A stretch of 63,238 nucleotides of DNA, counting the filler, from Candidatus Rokuibacteriota bacterium (GTDB lineage: Bacteria; JAUVQV01; DATDCY01), in the NCBI GenBank assembly GCA_031406795.1. It is 10 parts of 10 records of this genome, joined end to end, with 100 filler letters (N's around TTAATTAATTAA, not from the genome) between each part and the next. Parts side by side here need not be neighbours in the genome. Positions count along the whole stretch, not along the records: positions 1 to 5,228 come from JANOHV010000273.1; positions 5,329 to 14,240 come from JANOHV010000126.1; 8 more parts are not named here. One strand, written 5' to 3'. The position numbers were made by a program, and so were the translations under genes. Shown piece after piece: positions 1 to 9,824 of the stretch (the stretch's first letter is position 1; each line of letters opens with the position of its first letter). The notes beneath the pieces were generated by a model. It saw only the letters and a list, made by a program, of their open reading frames with translations, ran no database searches and was not told the DNA's origin.

Positions 1-1
1 G

Positions 2-2311
2 CTGCAGGCGCTCGGGGCGGATGCCGAGCCGCTCCATGCGCTTCCAGACCTTTTCGACGCGCTTCTTCGTCCAGTGGTTGGCGTCGATGTAGTGGCAGTC
101 GCCGAAGTGGCAGCCCGAGACGAGCACGACCGGCGCGCCGAGCCGGAACGCGCGCCAGATGAAGCTCTCGTCGACGCGCCCCGAGCACATCGTGCGGATC
201 AGCCGCGCGTTCGGCGGGTACTGCAGCCGCGAGACGCCGGCGAAGTCGGCGCCGGCGTAGGAGCACCAGTTGCAGGCGAACGTCACGATCTTTTCAGCGG
301 GGTTCTCCTCGAGAATCGCGTCGATCTGCCCGGTGATCTGGCGGTCGGCGTAGTGGTTCATGTCGATCGCGCCGAACGGGCACTCGGCCGAGCAGGTGCC
401 GCAGCCGGCGCACGCCGCCTCGATCACCGTCGCCTTGGTCTTCGTCTTCGCGTCGGCGCGGATCGCCTTGTACGGGCAGACCTTGGCGCAGATCCCGCAG
501 GCGGTGCAGCGCGCCTGGTCGACCTGGGCGGTCAGCGCTTCGATACGCAGCTTCCCGCGCGACATCAGGCGCATCGAGCGCGCCGCCGCCGCCGAGGCCT
601 GCGTCACGGCCTCCTTGATGTCCTTCGGCCCTTCGGCGCACCCAGCGAAGAAGACGCCGCGGGTCGCCGAGTCCACCGGCATCAGCTTGGAGTGCGCCTC
701 GAGAAAGAAGCCGTCGGCGGTCTTCTGCAGCGCGAGCATCTCCTGCAGGTGCTTGTTGTCCGAGCGCGGTAGGATGCCGACGGAGAGCACCGCGAGGTCG
801 AAGCGCTGCCGCTCGAGCTTCCCGGTCGACGTGTTCTCGACGTCGATCAGCAGATCCCCGGTCGCTTCGTCCTGCTCGATCAGCCCGGGCAACCCGCGCA
901 GGTAGCGCACGCCGGCCTCGCGGCTGCGGGTGTAGAGGTCCTCGAAACCCTTGCCGAAGGCGCGGATGTCCAGGTAGAAGACCGCGACCTCCATCTCCGG
1001 GTAGTGCTCCTTGAGCATCAGCGTGTCCTTGATCGTCACCATGCAGCAGACGTTGCTGCAGTACGGCTTGCAGCCGGCGCTGCCGCTGGTGCTGCGCGAG
1101 CCGACGCACTGGACGAACGCGACCGATTTCGGCACCCTGCGGTCGCCGGGGCGCACGACCTCGCCGAGCGTCGGGCCGCCGGCGTTGATCAGCCGCTCGA
1201 ACTCCAGGCTCGTGACGACGTTCGGGAAGCGCCCGTACCCGTACTCCTCCATCGCGGTCGGGTCGAAGACGTCCATGCCGGTGGCGACGACGATCGTGCC
1301 GACCTCGAAGTCGTGGACGGTCTCGGTCATGTCGAAGTCGATGCACTTTTTCTTGCAGGCCTTGATGCACTTGCCGCAGACCAGCGGGTCGTGGCCGAGG
1401 CAGGTCGCGGGGTCGACGAGGTACGCCGACGGGACCGCCTGCGCGAACGGCGAATAGATCGCCTTGCGCGTGGCCAAGCCGACCTCGAACTCGTTTGGCG
1501 TCGCCTGCGGGCAGACCTTCGCGCAGTCGCCGCAGGCCGTGCACTCCTTCTCGCGCACGTAGCGCGGGCGCTGCTTGACGCGGACCTTGAAGTTGCCGAC
1601 GTAGCCGCTGATCTGCTCGATGTCCGCCAGCGTCAGCAGCTTGATGTTTGGATGCCGACCGGCATCCGTCATTTTAGGACCGAGAATTCATATCGAACAG
1701 TCCATGGTGGGGTAGGTCTTGTCGAGCTGGGCCATGACGCCGCCGATGCTCGACTGCTTCTCCACCAGGATCACCTCGTAGCCCGAGTCCGCCAGATCCA
1801 GCGCCGCCTGGATGCCGGCCACGCCGCCGCCGACGACCAGCGAGCGCTTCGTGACGGGGACCTCCATCTCGTTCAGCGACTTGAGCGCGCTGGCGCGGCG
1901 CACGGCCATCTTCACCAGGTCGGTCGCCTTGGCGGTTGCCGCCGGCCGGTCGTGGCTGTGCACCCAGCTGACCTGCTCGCGCAGGTTGGCCATCTCCATC
2001 AGGTACGGGTTGAGGCCGGCATCGGCGACCATCGCGCGGAAGGTCGGCTCGTGCAGGCGCGGCGAGCAGGAGGCGATCACGACGCGGTTGAGGCCGCGCT
2101 TGCGGATCTCCTCCTTCATGCCGACCTGGCCGGGCTCGGAGCAGGAGTAGGGCTGGTCGGTCGCGAAGGCGACGCCGGGGAGCTTCGCGGCGACTTCGGC
2201 GACGGCCTTGGTGTCGACAGCGGCCGCGATGTTCGCGCCGCACTGGCAGACGAAGACGCCGATCCGCAGCTCCTCGCCGTCGGGTGACTTCGCCGGTTCG
2301 CGTTCAGTCAT
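2..2311 (-). CDS. hdrA: Heterodisulfide reductase subunit A (selenocysteine at codon 208) with C-terminal MvhD-like [2Fe-2S] domain; 3' end runs off the contig
   Basis: N-terminus IGVFVCQCGANIA...CSPRLHE...VGGGVAGIQAAL (HdrA, FAD-binding). After YPTMDCSI-TGA(1688-1690) the frame continues ILGPKMTDAGRHPNIKLL...CTACGDCAKVCP...KIVTFACNWCSYAGADFAG (MvhD motif) without another stop. RBS AAGGAGG upstream. Confidence 0.93.
1650..1667 (-). promoter_or_regulatory. Bacterial SECIS hairpin of hdrA
   Basis: On the minus strand GGATGCC-GGTC-GGCATCC, a perfect 7-bp stem with a G-first loop starting 27 nt after the UGA. Codons around it are unusually AT-rich for this gene. Confidence 0.85.
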
Positions 2312-2365
2312 GACGATCCTCCTTGATGAACCATGAATCGCTGCGGGGTCCTGTCGCTATCCTGG

Positions 2366-3574
2366 TCATGTCTTGGCATCCGCCGGAGCAAGGGATTGCG
2401 CGAGGATTTCAGTTATGTCGGCGAGAGCCAATGATTTCCTTGGGCCGGCCGGCAGATCGGCCTGGGCGCAGCGCAGGTGGATGACGCACTTGGGGCAGGC
2501 CGTGGCGAGCACCTCGCTCCCCGTGGCCGCGGCCTCGCCGAGGCGGGCGAGCTGAATCGCCTTGTTCGTCGCGCCGCAGCGCACCCAGGCCGATGTGCCG
2601 CAGCAGAGCGCTTTCGCGCCGTGATGGCGCATCTCGGCCAGCTCGAGGCCGGGGATGCGGGCGAGCAGGCGTCGGGGAGCATCGACCACGCCGGACATCC
2701 GGCCGAGGCGGCAGGGGTCGTGGTAGGTCACCCGGCCCGGGACGGCCGCGAACTCGACCGTGCGCCCGGACAGTTCGCGCTCGAGGAAGGTCGCGAAGTG
2801 CTCCACGTCGAGCGAGAACTCCGGAACGGCGCCGCGGTAGTGGAAGGCCATGACGTGGTAGCTCTCGGCGCAGGTCGTGACGATCCGTCTGACGCCGGCG
2901 GCGCGCATCGCGTCGGCGTTGAGCTGCGCGAGGCGGCGGAAGCCCGCGACGTCGCCGGCGAAGAGCAGATCGTGGCCGCTCGAGCGCTCCTTCTCGAGCA
3001 GCACCGGCGTGATGCCGATGCGGTTCATGATCCGCAGCGCGGCGGCGGGCGCCGCGGTTGTGGTGGCGCCGAGGTAGTCGAAGTAGCGGTCGTAGTAGGG
3101 CGCGGATCCGGTGAAGAGCAGCGTCTCGCCCTCGCACGCACAGGAGGCCCCCGCGGGGATCCAGCCCAGCCGCCGCTGCTGTCGCGCGGGCTCGGCGGTC
3201 AGGCGCTGGATCGTCTGCAGCGCCCCGCCGTGGCTGCACTCGCGCATGATCGCGTCACCGGGCAGCAGCGCGCGCGCGTCGCGCACGAACCCGGGGAAAT
3301 CAACGCCGACCGGACAGATCTCGCGGCAGGCGCCGCAGGTCAGGCAGTCCCAGAGGGCGGATTGCAGCGCCGGCCCCGGATCCTCCAGCGCCATCTGCCC
3401 CAGCCGGCGCGGCGAATAGAGCGCGCCGCCGAGATTCACGGGGCAGACCGACGTGCACTTGCCGCAGTCGTAGCAGCGGCGCAGCGAGCGAGCGCGCGCC
3501 AAATCGGCGAGGTCGCGGCGCAGCGCACTCGAGTCGTCGGCAGGGGGCCGTGCCGCCTCCGGCGCGCGGCTCAT
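2366..3574 (-). CDS. HdrD-like Fe-S oxidoreductase (4Fe-4S dicluster plus CCG domains)
   Basis: CYDCGKCTSVCP, CLTCGACREICP, TYHDPCRLGR, LCCG, TACPKC motifs. ATG at 3574 overlaps the upstream stop. Confidence 0.88.
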   Translation of the reverse strand: MSRAPEAARPPADDSSALRRDLADLARARSLRRCYDCGKCTSVCPVNLGGALYSPRRLGQMALEDPGPALQSALWDCLTCGACREICPVGVDFPGFVRDARALLPGDAIMRECSHGGALQTIQRLTAEPARQQRRLGWIPAGASCACEGETLLFTGSAPYYDRYFDYLGATTTAAPAAALRIMNRIGITPVLLEKERSSGHDLLFAGDVAGFRRLAQLNADAMRAAGVRRIVTTCAESYHVMAFHYRGAVPEFSLDVEHFATFLERELSGRTVEFAAVPGRVTYHDPCRLGRMSGVVDAPRRLLARIPGLELAEMRHHGAKALCCGTSAWVRCGATNKAIQLARLGEAAATGSEVLATACPKCVIHLRCAQADLPAGPRKSLALADITEILAQSLAPADAKT

Positions 3575-3969
3575 GGCGCCGGCTCCGGCGGCGCCTCGAG
3601 CGACGCGGCGAACGCTTCCAGACACGCGGAGAGTTGCTCGCCCTCGTGGGGGTGGAACGCGGCGACCAGCAGGCGCTCAGCGGGAATGCCGAGGGTCTCG
3701 ATGATCGCGCGCAACGTCTCCACGCGCGCGTGGAAACGATCCAGGTCCAGTCCGTGTCGGCAGAGCTCTCGCGGGCAGCCGAGCACGGCGACCCCCTCGG
3801 CGCCCTGGCGGAAGGCTTCGAGAACGACATCCTCGCCGACGCGGCCGACGCAGGCGGCCAGCACGCGCACCGCGTCGCCCTCGCCGCGCCGGCCGCGGCG
3901 ATAGAGGCTCTGGAGGGCGTAATGCGGCGCCCACTGGCAGGAGAAAACCACGATCCGCGGGGAGGTCAT
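3571..3969 (-). CDS. MvhD/FlpD-like hydrogenase iron-sulfur subunit (divergent)
   Basis: MTSPRIVVFSCQW...CVGRV...EAFRQGAEGVAVLGCPRELCRH...LGIPAERL; ATGA-type overlaps at both ends. Confidence 0.8.
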   Translation of the reverse strand: MTSPRIVVFSCQWAPHYALQSLYRRGRRGEGDAVRVLAACVGRVGEDVVLEAFRQGAEGVAVLGCPRELCRHGLDLDRFHARVETLRAIIETLGIPAERLLVAAFHPHEGEQLSACLEAFAASLEAPPEPAP

Positions 3970-5228
3970 GGTCGCTCTCCGGCGAACGCCGCGGCGAGGG
4001 CTGCCCGGAGTTGGCGGTGCCCGGCCAGCGGGGCGTCCGGCGCGCCGGTGGGGCAGACTGCCAGGCAGCGGCCGCACAGGGTGCACGCGCCGGGTTCGAC
4101 CTGCGCCAGCGGGATGCCCGTAGCGCGCGGCTGTAGCTGGATGGCTTCCTGAGGGCAGTTCCTGACGCAGGTCCCGCAGCCGCGGCAGAGCGCGGCGTCG
4201 ATCCGCGCCGCGGTGGTGACGCATCCTGGCAGCGGGAGCGGGGCAGGGCGGTCGTCGCGTCGCGCCGGCGCGCTGTCGCCGCCCGGCACTGCGGCAGTCC
4301 CGGAGTCTGTCGTCGGCCCGGTCCGTGTGGCGGCCGCGACGCCGGCGAGCGCGCGGGCAACGCCGGCGGCAAGCGAGCGGCGGGCCAGCCTCAGCGCCGC
4401 ATCGCGGTCCAGGCCGCGCTGGTTGAGCACTTCGTCGCGCAGGTTGATGGTCTCGACGAACTGGAGCGGAATCCCCTCCCCGGAGAAGAGGAAGCCCTTG
4501 GCCCGGGCGCGCTGGTGGGTGCAGCTGCCGCAGAGGATTTCGAGCGGACAGCAGAGGCAGGCGGCGAGCAGGATGCGCCCGTGCTCCCCCGCGATCAGGC
4601 CCGCGGCGAGCGTGCGCCCGCCATCCGGCTGGCACGCGGCATTGACGATTGTCGCGCCGGTCACGCCGGGCAGCGCGCGGACCTCGGCGGCCAGCGGCTC
4701 GTCCAGGTCGCGATGGTGCACTGAGTCGTTGCAGGTGCAGAGATAGACGTGGACCCCGGGCGCCGCGGCGATCGCAGCGCGCCGCGCCGGGTGCGCCGCG
4801 TGCGCTGCCTCGCGCAGCCGCTCGAGCAGGGTGCCCGCGTCCGTCGCCGGGGCGTCGGACATCAGCAGGCCGGCGCCGGTCGCAACCGGTTCGGCGGCAT
4901 CCGTGCGCACGGCGGCCAGCAGCGGCAGGGTGAACGTCGCCGCCCTCCCGGCATGGTCGATCGCGCGCGCCTCGCCGCAGGCCGCGACGCACGCGCCGCA
5001 TTCGCAGCAGATCCCGCACTGCAGGCAGCGCGAGGCTTCGGCGACGGCGTCCTTCTCCCGGAAACGCGCCTCGACCTCGGTGAAGCCGGCGCGCCGGCGC
5101 CCCGGCGCGCTGTGCGGCGACGTGCGGCGCGCGGCCGTGACGCCCCCCCCGCGCAGCGCCGACGCCCCGGCGTAGTCGGTGGGCGGCCAGTCGGGCCGTG
5201 CGACGGTCACGCCGCAGACCGCTGCCTG
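3966..5228 (-). CDS. Divergent HdrA/HdrL-like Fe-S protein, C-terminal part (5' truncated by the contig end)
   Basis: FTEVE...EASRCLQCGICCECGACVAAC (GltD/HdrL-type), VHVYLCTCN and ETINLRDEV (resemble the HdrA N-terminal module), and a terminal ferredoxin CRGCGTCVRNCP/CTLCGRCLAVCP. Confidence 0.65.
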   Translation of the reverse strand, partial: QAAVCGVTVARPDWPPTDYAGASALRGGGVTAARRTSPHSAPGRRRAGFTEVEARFREKDAVAEASRCLQCGICCECGACVAACGEARAIDHAGRAATFTLPLLAAVRTDAAEPVATGAGLLMSDAPATDAGTLLERLREAAHAAHPARRAAIAAAPGVHVYLCTCNDSVHHRDLDEPLAAEVRALPGVTGATIVNAACQPDGGRTLAAGLIAGEHGRILLAACLCCPLEILCGSCTHQRARAKGFLFSGEGIPLQFVETINLRDEVLNQRGLDRDAALRLARRSLAAGVARALAGVAAATRTGPTTDSGTAAVPGGDSAPARRDDRPAPLPLPGCVTTAARIDAALCRGCGTCVRNCPQEAIQLQPRATGIPLAQVEPGACTLCGRCLAVCPTGAPDAPLAGHRQLRAALAAAFAGERP

Positions 5229-5328
5229 NNNNNNNNNNNNNNNNNNNNNNNNNNNNNNNNNNNNNNNNNNNNTTAATTAATTAANNNNNNNNNNNNNNNN
5301 NNNNNNNNNNNNNNNNNNNNNNNNNNNN
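5229..5328. other. Artificial contig spacer (also at 14241-14340, 17609-17708, 25007-25106, 41958-42057, 48970-49069, 52751-52850, 58015-58114, 61007-61106)
   Basis: Identical 100-nt N-TTAATTAATTAA-N blocks with stops in all six frames; genes are truncated at their edges. Confidence 0.98.
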
Positions 5329-5439
5329 GATCCGGGCCGGCGGCGCAGACGCACGACCGAAGGGACGCCCCCGCCGCCTCGCGCACGGGAACAGCCGTCT
5401 TGCTCTTTGCACGGTGGTCGGGGATACTTCCGCACTACC

Positions 5440-7236
5440 ATGACGAGCTCTGAAAACCTGCCCGAGGACGAACGCAAACGCCGGACCTACCGGCGCCTCC
5501 TCGTCTATCTGCGCCCCTACAAGGCGCGCATGAGCCTCGCCGTCTTCTCGATGATGCTCTTCGGCGCCCTCGACGGCGCCATCCCGCTGCTGCTCAAACA
5601 CATCTTCGACGACATCTTCCACGACCACAACCGGCGGATGCTCTGGGTGCTCGTCGGCCTCATCGTCGGCCTCGCCCTGCTGCGCGCCCCCTTCGGCTTT
5701 TTGCACCGCTACCTCTCGGCCTCGGTCGGCCTGCGCGTCGTGCGCGATCTGCGCAACGACGTGCACCGCCACCTGCTGACGCTCTCGGACTCCTTCTTTG
5801 CGCGGCGTTCCAGCGGCGATCTGATGTCGGGCGTCGCCGCCGACACCCTGTTCGTGCGCAACGCCCTCGTCGAGGCCTCCGTCACCATCGTGCGCGGCGG
5901 CTTTCGCGTCATCGCCCTGACCGCGGCGGCGTTCTACCTCGACCCGCCGCTCGCCGCCGTGAGCCTCGTCGGGCTCCCGCTCTCGCTCTACCCGCTCTGG
6001 CGCTTCGGCATCAAGGTCCGGCGCTACAGCCGCACCGGCCAGGCCCAGACCGGCGGGCTCACCGCGCTGTTGCAGGAGAGCATCCTCGGCCACCGGGTCG
6101 TGCAGGCCTTCGGCCGCGAGGCGCACGAGCAACAGCGCTTCGAAGGCGAGAACGAGCGGTTGACCCGCACCTGGGAGAAGGCCGAGAAGTATGCTTCGCT
6201 GGCGTTTCCGACGACCGAGGTCTGCGCGAGCGCGGCGATCGCGCTGGTGGTGATCTACGGCGGCCTCTCGGTGATCACGGGAGCCCGCCAGCAGGGCGAT
6301 TTTCTGGCCTTCATCACCGGGATGTTCCTGCTCTACGACCCGCTCAAGAACCTCGGGCGGGTCCACAGCACGATCCAGATGGGCGTCGCGGCCGGCGAGC
6401 GGCTGTTCGACCTGCTGGACGCGACACCCGACATCGTCGATCGGCCGGGGGCGGTCGAGTTCCGCGCCGACAAGCCGGGGGGCTCCCGCATCGAGTATCG
6501 CGACGTCGGCTTCCATTACCCGGTCGCGCCCGGCGCAGGCGGCGAAGAGGCGGCGCCCGCGCTCGAGGGTGTCTCGTTGAGCGTCGAACCGGGACGCACG
6601 CTCGCGCTCGTCGGGATGTCCGGGGGCGGCAAGACCACGCTCGTGCATCTGCTGCCGCGCTTCTTCGATCCGACCGAGGGGGCGGTGCTTCTCGGCGGCG
6701 TCGACCTGCGCGACTACCGCGTCGCGTCGCTGCGGGCGGCGATCGCACTGGTCGGCCAGAACGCGTTTCTCTTCAACGACACGGTACGCGCCAACATCCG
6801 CTACGGGCGGCTCGAGGCGAGCGACGCCGAGGTCGAGGCGGCGGCGCGCAGCGCCAACGCCCACGAGTTCATCCTCGGGCTGCCGCAGGGCTACGACACC
6901 GGACTCGGCGAGCAGGGCCTGCGGCTCTCCGGCGGCGAGCGCGCGCGGATCGCGATCGCGCGGGCGCTGCTGAAGAATGCCCCGATCCTGATCCTCGACG
7001 AGGCGACCGCGGCGCTCGACAGCACCTCGGAGCAACTGGTCCAGGCGGCGATCGAGCGGCTGGTGCAGGGACGCACGACGCTGGTGATCGCGCACCGGCT
7101 CTCCACGGTGCGCCGCGCCGACGCCATCGCGGTGATCGAACACGGCCGGGTGGTCGAACGTGGGACCCACGAGGAGTTGATTGCGCGCTGCGGCGCCTAC
7201 GAGCGTCTGCACCGCATCCAGTTCGCAGACCGCTGA
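5440..7236 (+). CDS. msbA: MsbA-like lipid ABC exporter (TMD+NBD)
   Basis: Hydrophobic N-terminal half, Walker A GMSGGGKTT, LSGGERARIAIARA, ILILDEATAALD, IAHRLSTV. Confidence 0.8.
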   Translation: MTSSENLPEDERKRRTYRRLLVYLRPYKARMSLAVFSMMLFGALDGAIPLLLKHIFDDIFHDHNRRMLWVLVGLIVGLALLRAPFGFLHRYLSASVGLRVVRDLRNDVHRHLLTLSDSFFARRSSGDLMSGVAADTLFVRNALVEASVTIVRGGFRVIALTAAAFYLDPPLAAVSLVGLPLSLYPLWRFGIKVRRYSRTGQAQTGGLTALLQESILGHRVVQAFGREAHEQQRFEGENERLTRTWEKAEKYASLAFPTTEVCASAAIALVVIYGGLSVITGARQQGDFLAFITGMFLLYDPLKNLGRVHSTIQMGVAAGERLFDLLDATPDIVDRPGAVEFRADKPGGSRIEYRDVGFHYPVAPGAGGEEAAPALEGVSLSVEPGRTLALVGMSGGGKTTLVHLLPRFFDPTEGAVLLGGVDLRDYRVASLRAAIALVGQNAFLFNDTVRANIRYGRLEASDAEVEAAARSANAHEFILGLPQGYDTGLGEQGLRLSGGERARIAIARALLKNAPILILDEATAALDSTSEQLVQAAIERLVQGRTTLVIAHRLSTVRRADAIAVIEHGRVVERGTHEELIARCGAYERLHRIQFADR

Positions 7237-7255
7237 ACAGGGCCCGCCTGCGACG

Positions 7256-7609
7256 TCAGGCGTCGCCCTCGTCGTCCGCGGGCATCTCGCCGGCTTCCAT
7301 GCGATCGAGCATATCCGCGTCCTCTCCCTCGAGCGGCTCTCCGGTCTGCTCGCTCATCTTGCGCATCAGCCGCGCCATCCCGCGCGGGTCGTTCTCGTCC
7401 AGCCCCCCCAGCGACGAGTCGTCCGCAAGCGATTCCAGGCGCCGCTCCTCGGATTTCGGGCTGGAGAAGCGCGACATCAACCGGGCCAGGCCCGTCGCCC
7501 CGCAGGCCGGACAGGCCAGCGAGTGCTCCTCGGCGGCGGCGGGAAGGCGCAGCCAGATGTGGCTGGTTTTTCTCTGGCAGGCGGTGCAGCGGTATTCGTA
7601 GATCGGCAT
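7256..7609 (-). CDS. FmdB-family zinc-ribbon protein
   Basis: MPIYEYRCTACQ...CPACGATGLARLMSRF followed by an acidic DENDPRGMAR tail. Confidence 0.85.
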   Translation of the reverse strand: MPIYEYRCTACQRKTSHIWLRLPAAAEEHSLACPACGATGLARLMSRFSSPKSEERRLESLADDSSLGGLDENDPRGMARLMRKMSEQTGEPLEGEDADMLDRMEAGEMPADDEGDA

Positions 7610-7742
7610 CGTGCCCTCCGTTCCCGTTCAGGCTGCGGGGTCCTGACGCTTCAGCAGGGCAATTCTACGCCAGAAGCCGCGCACGGTGTCAATCGCGGGC
7701 CGTTTCTGTTTCAATGGCCGTCCACCGAGGGCGAGGAGCGCG

Positions 7743-8732
7743 ATGATGACTGGGGCAAAGGCGGTGCGCGGGCTCGGCCTGATCAGCGGCGGGCTCGACA
7801 GCATGCTCGCGGCGCGGCTGCTCATGGAACAGGGCGTGGCCGTCACCGGCATCGCGTTCGTCACCCCGTTCTTCGGCTCCAGGAACGCCGAACTCGCGGC
7901 CGCCCGGGTCGGCTTCCCGCTGCTCGTGCGCGACATCACCGCGCCGCACCTGGCGATGGTCAAGAACCCGCCGAGCGGCTACGGATCGCGGATGAACCCC
8001 TGCATCGACTGCCACGCGCTGATGCTCGTCAGCGCCGGAACGATCATGGACGCCGAGGGGTTCGACTTTCTCTTCACCGGGGAGGTGCTCAATGAGCGGC
8101 CGATGTCGCAGAGCCTGCGCTCGCTCAACCGCGTGGCGAACCTCTCCGGCCGCCCGGGCCACGTCCTGCGCCCGCTGTCGGCGCGGCGCTTGAAGGAGAC
8201 GATCGTCGAGCGCGAAGGCAAGGTCGACCGGACGCGGCTGCTCAACCTGGAGGGGCGCTCGCGCCGCCGCCAGTTCGAACTGGCGCGGCAGTGGGGGATC
8301 ACCGACTACCCGAACCCGGCCGGCGGGTGTCTGCTCACCGACCCGGGGTTCTCGCGCCGCCTCAAGGACCTGCTCGACCACGGCCCCGACGCCGACCCGC
8401 ACGACCTGGAGCTGCTGAAAATCGGCCGACAGTTCCGCATCAGGGAGGGGGTGAAGGCCGCCGCGGGGCGCAACGTCGCGGACAACCAGGCGCTCACCGC
8501 GCTGCGCGGCCCCGGCGATCTGCTGCTGCGCACCGGGGGCGTCCCCGGCCCGGTGATGATCATCTCGGGGGCCGCCAACGAGGCCGACGTCGCGCTCGCC
8601 GCCGGCATCTGCGCGCGCTACAGCGACGGGCGGGCCGGCCGCGTGCGGATCATCGTCGAGAGCGACGCCGGCACCCGCGAATTGCTCACTGAGCCCATCG
8701 CCCAGACCGAGCTGGTCGCACGACGAATCTGA
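7743..8732 (+). CDS. ThiI/MnmA-like tRNA thiolation PP-loop protein (DUF814-type C-terminus)
   Basis: PP-loop SGGLDS, NPCIDCH, TGEVLNERPMSQ, PAGGCLLTDPGF. Confidence 0.8.
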   Translation: MMTGAKAVRGLGLISGGLDSMLAARLLMEQGVAVTGIAFVTPFFGSRNAELAAARVGFPLLVRDITAPHLAMVKNPPSGYGSRMNPCIDCHALMLVSAGTIMDAEGFDFLFTGEVLNERPMSQSLRSLNRVANLSGRPGHVLRPLSARRLKETIVEREGKVDRTRLLNLEGRSRRRQFELARQWGITDYPNPAGGCLLTDPGFSRRLKDLLDHGPDADPHDLELLKIGRQFRIREGVKAAAGRNVADNQALTALRGPGDLLLRTGGVPGPVMIISGAANEADVALAAGICARYSDGRAGRVRIIVESDAGTRELLTEPIAQTELVARRI

Positions 8733-8775
8733 CAGACCGCTTTCACCGAGTAGTTCGTCCCCGACAACGTACTTG

Positions 8776-8868
8776 GCGGAGGGGTGGCGCGGAGGGGAGG
8801 TCTCCATCGGCGGAACGAAGTGAGCACGATGGAGGTCCGCAGCGTCAGGACCCCGCAGCCAGAACGGG
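8776..8868 (+). repeat. Dispersed intergenic repeat family B (full copies here and at 59440-59524; partial copies at 7619-7650 and 2340-2358)
   Basis: The reverse complement GGCTGCGGGGTCCTGACGCTGCGGACCTCCATCGTGCTCACTTCGTTCCGCCGATGGAGACCTCCCCTCCGCGCCACCCCTCCGC aligns without gaps to 59440-59524. Confidence 0.8.
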
Positions 8869-8978
8869 GCAAGCCGGGCCGATCCTTGACAGGCTCCGCG
8901 GCGGAGTGCATCATTTTAAGCGACGTTGAAACAATTTTCTCCCGCGAATCAACGGGTTAACGACGAGAAGGAGAAGGC

Positions 8979-9824
8979 GTGAGAGAACTCGACGCCGCAG
9001 TGGTCACTGAAAACGTCGCCCGCCTGTTCGTCGAGGCCAACACGTTGCTCGGCGACGACATCGTCTCGACGTTCAGGAGTTGCCTGAAGTCCGAAACCTC
9101 GCCCACCGGGCGTGACGTCATCAGTCAGTTGCTCGAGAACGCCGAACTGGCCCGCGATTCCGGCGTGCCGCTCTGCCAGGACACCGGGCTGGCCGTCGTC
9201 TTCCTGGAGATCGGCCAGGACCTGCACATCACCGGCGGCGACCTGTACGAAGGGGTCCACGAAGGCGTCCGCAAGGGGTGCGCCGAGGGGTATCTGCGCG
9301 CCTCAGTCGTCTCCCCGCCGCTCGGCAGGCGCGTCAACACCGGCGACAACACGCCGGCGATCATCCACACGAGCATCGTGCCCGGGGACCGGCTGCGGAT
9401 CGTGGTCGCGCCCAAGGGCGGCGGCAGCGAGAACACGAGCGCCGTGCGGATGCTCCGGCCGGCCGACGGGCGCGAGGGGGTGAAGCAGTTCATCCTCGAC
9501 ACCGTCGCCAAGGCCGGGCCGAACCCCTGCCCGCCGATCGTGGTCGGCGTCGGCATCGGGGGCACCTTCGAGCTGTGCGCGCTGTTGGCCAAGAAGGCGC
9601 TGCTGCGCCGGCTCGGCGAATCCCACCCCGAACCCGATTTTGCCGCGCTCGAGGGCGAACTGCTCGAGGCCGTCAACCGCCTCGGGACCGGCCCGGCCGG
9701 GCTCGGCGGCAATGTCACGGCCCTGGCGGTGCACGTGGAGACCCACCCCTGCCACATCGCGAGCCTGCCGGTCGCCGTGAACATCAACTGTCACTCGCAT
9801 CGACACAAGGAGGCGCTGCTGTGA
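8979..9824 (+). CDS. Fe-S hydro-lyase (class I fumarate hydratase) alpha subunit
   Basis: PLCQDTG, NTGDNTPA, PKGGGSEN, PNPCPP, HIASLPVAVNINCH. Confidence 0.92.
   Translation: MRELDAAVVTENVARLFVEANTLLGDDIVSTFRSCLKSETSPTGRDVISQLLENAELARDSGVPLCQDTGLAVVFLEIGQDLHITGGDLYEGVHEGVRKGCAEGYLRASVVSPPLGRRVNTGDNTPAIIHTSIVPGDRLRIVVAPKGGGSENTSAVRMLRPADGREGVKQFILDTVAKAGPNPCPPIVVGVGIGGTFELCALLAKKALLRRLGESHPEPDFAALEGELLEAVNRLGTGPAGLGGNVTALAVHVETHPCHIASLPVAVNINCHSHRHKEALL

Noticed and set aside
5229-5328. Recurrent TTAATTAATTAA motif within N-runs
   Set aside because: Artificial contig linker. Gene adjacency across these spacers is not biological (for example tRNA-Asp next to the OLD nuclease).
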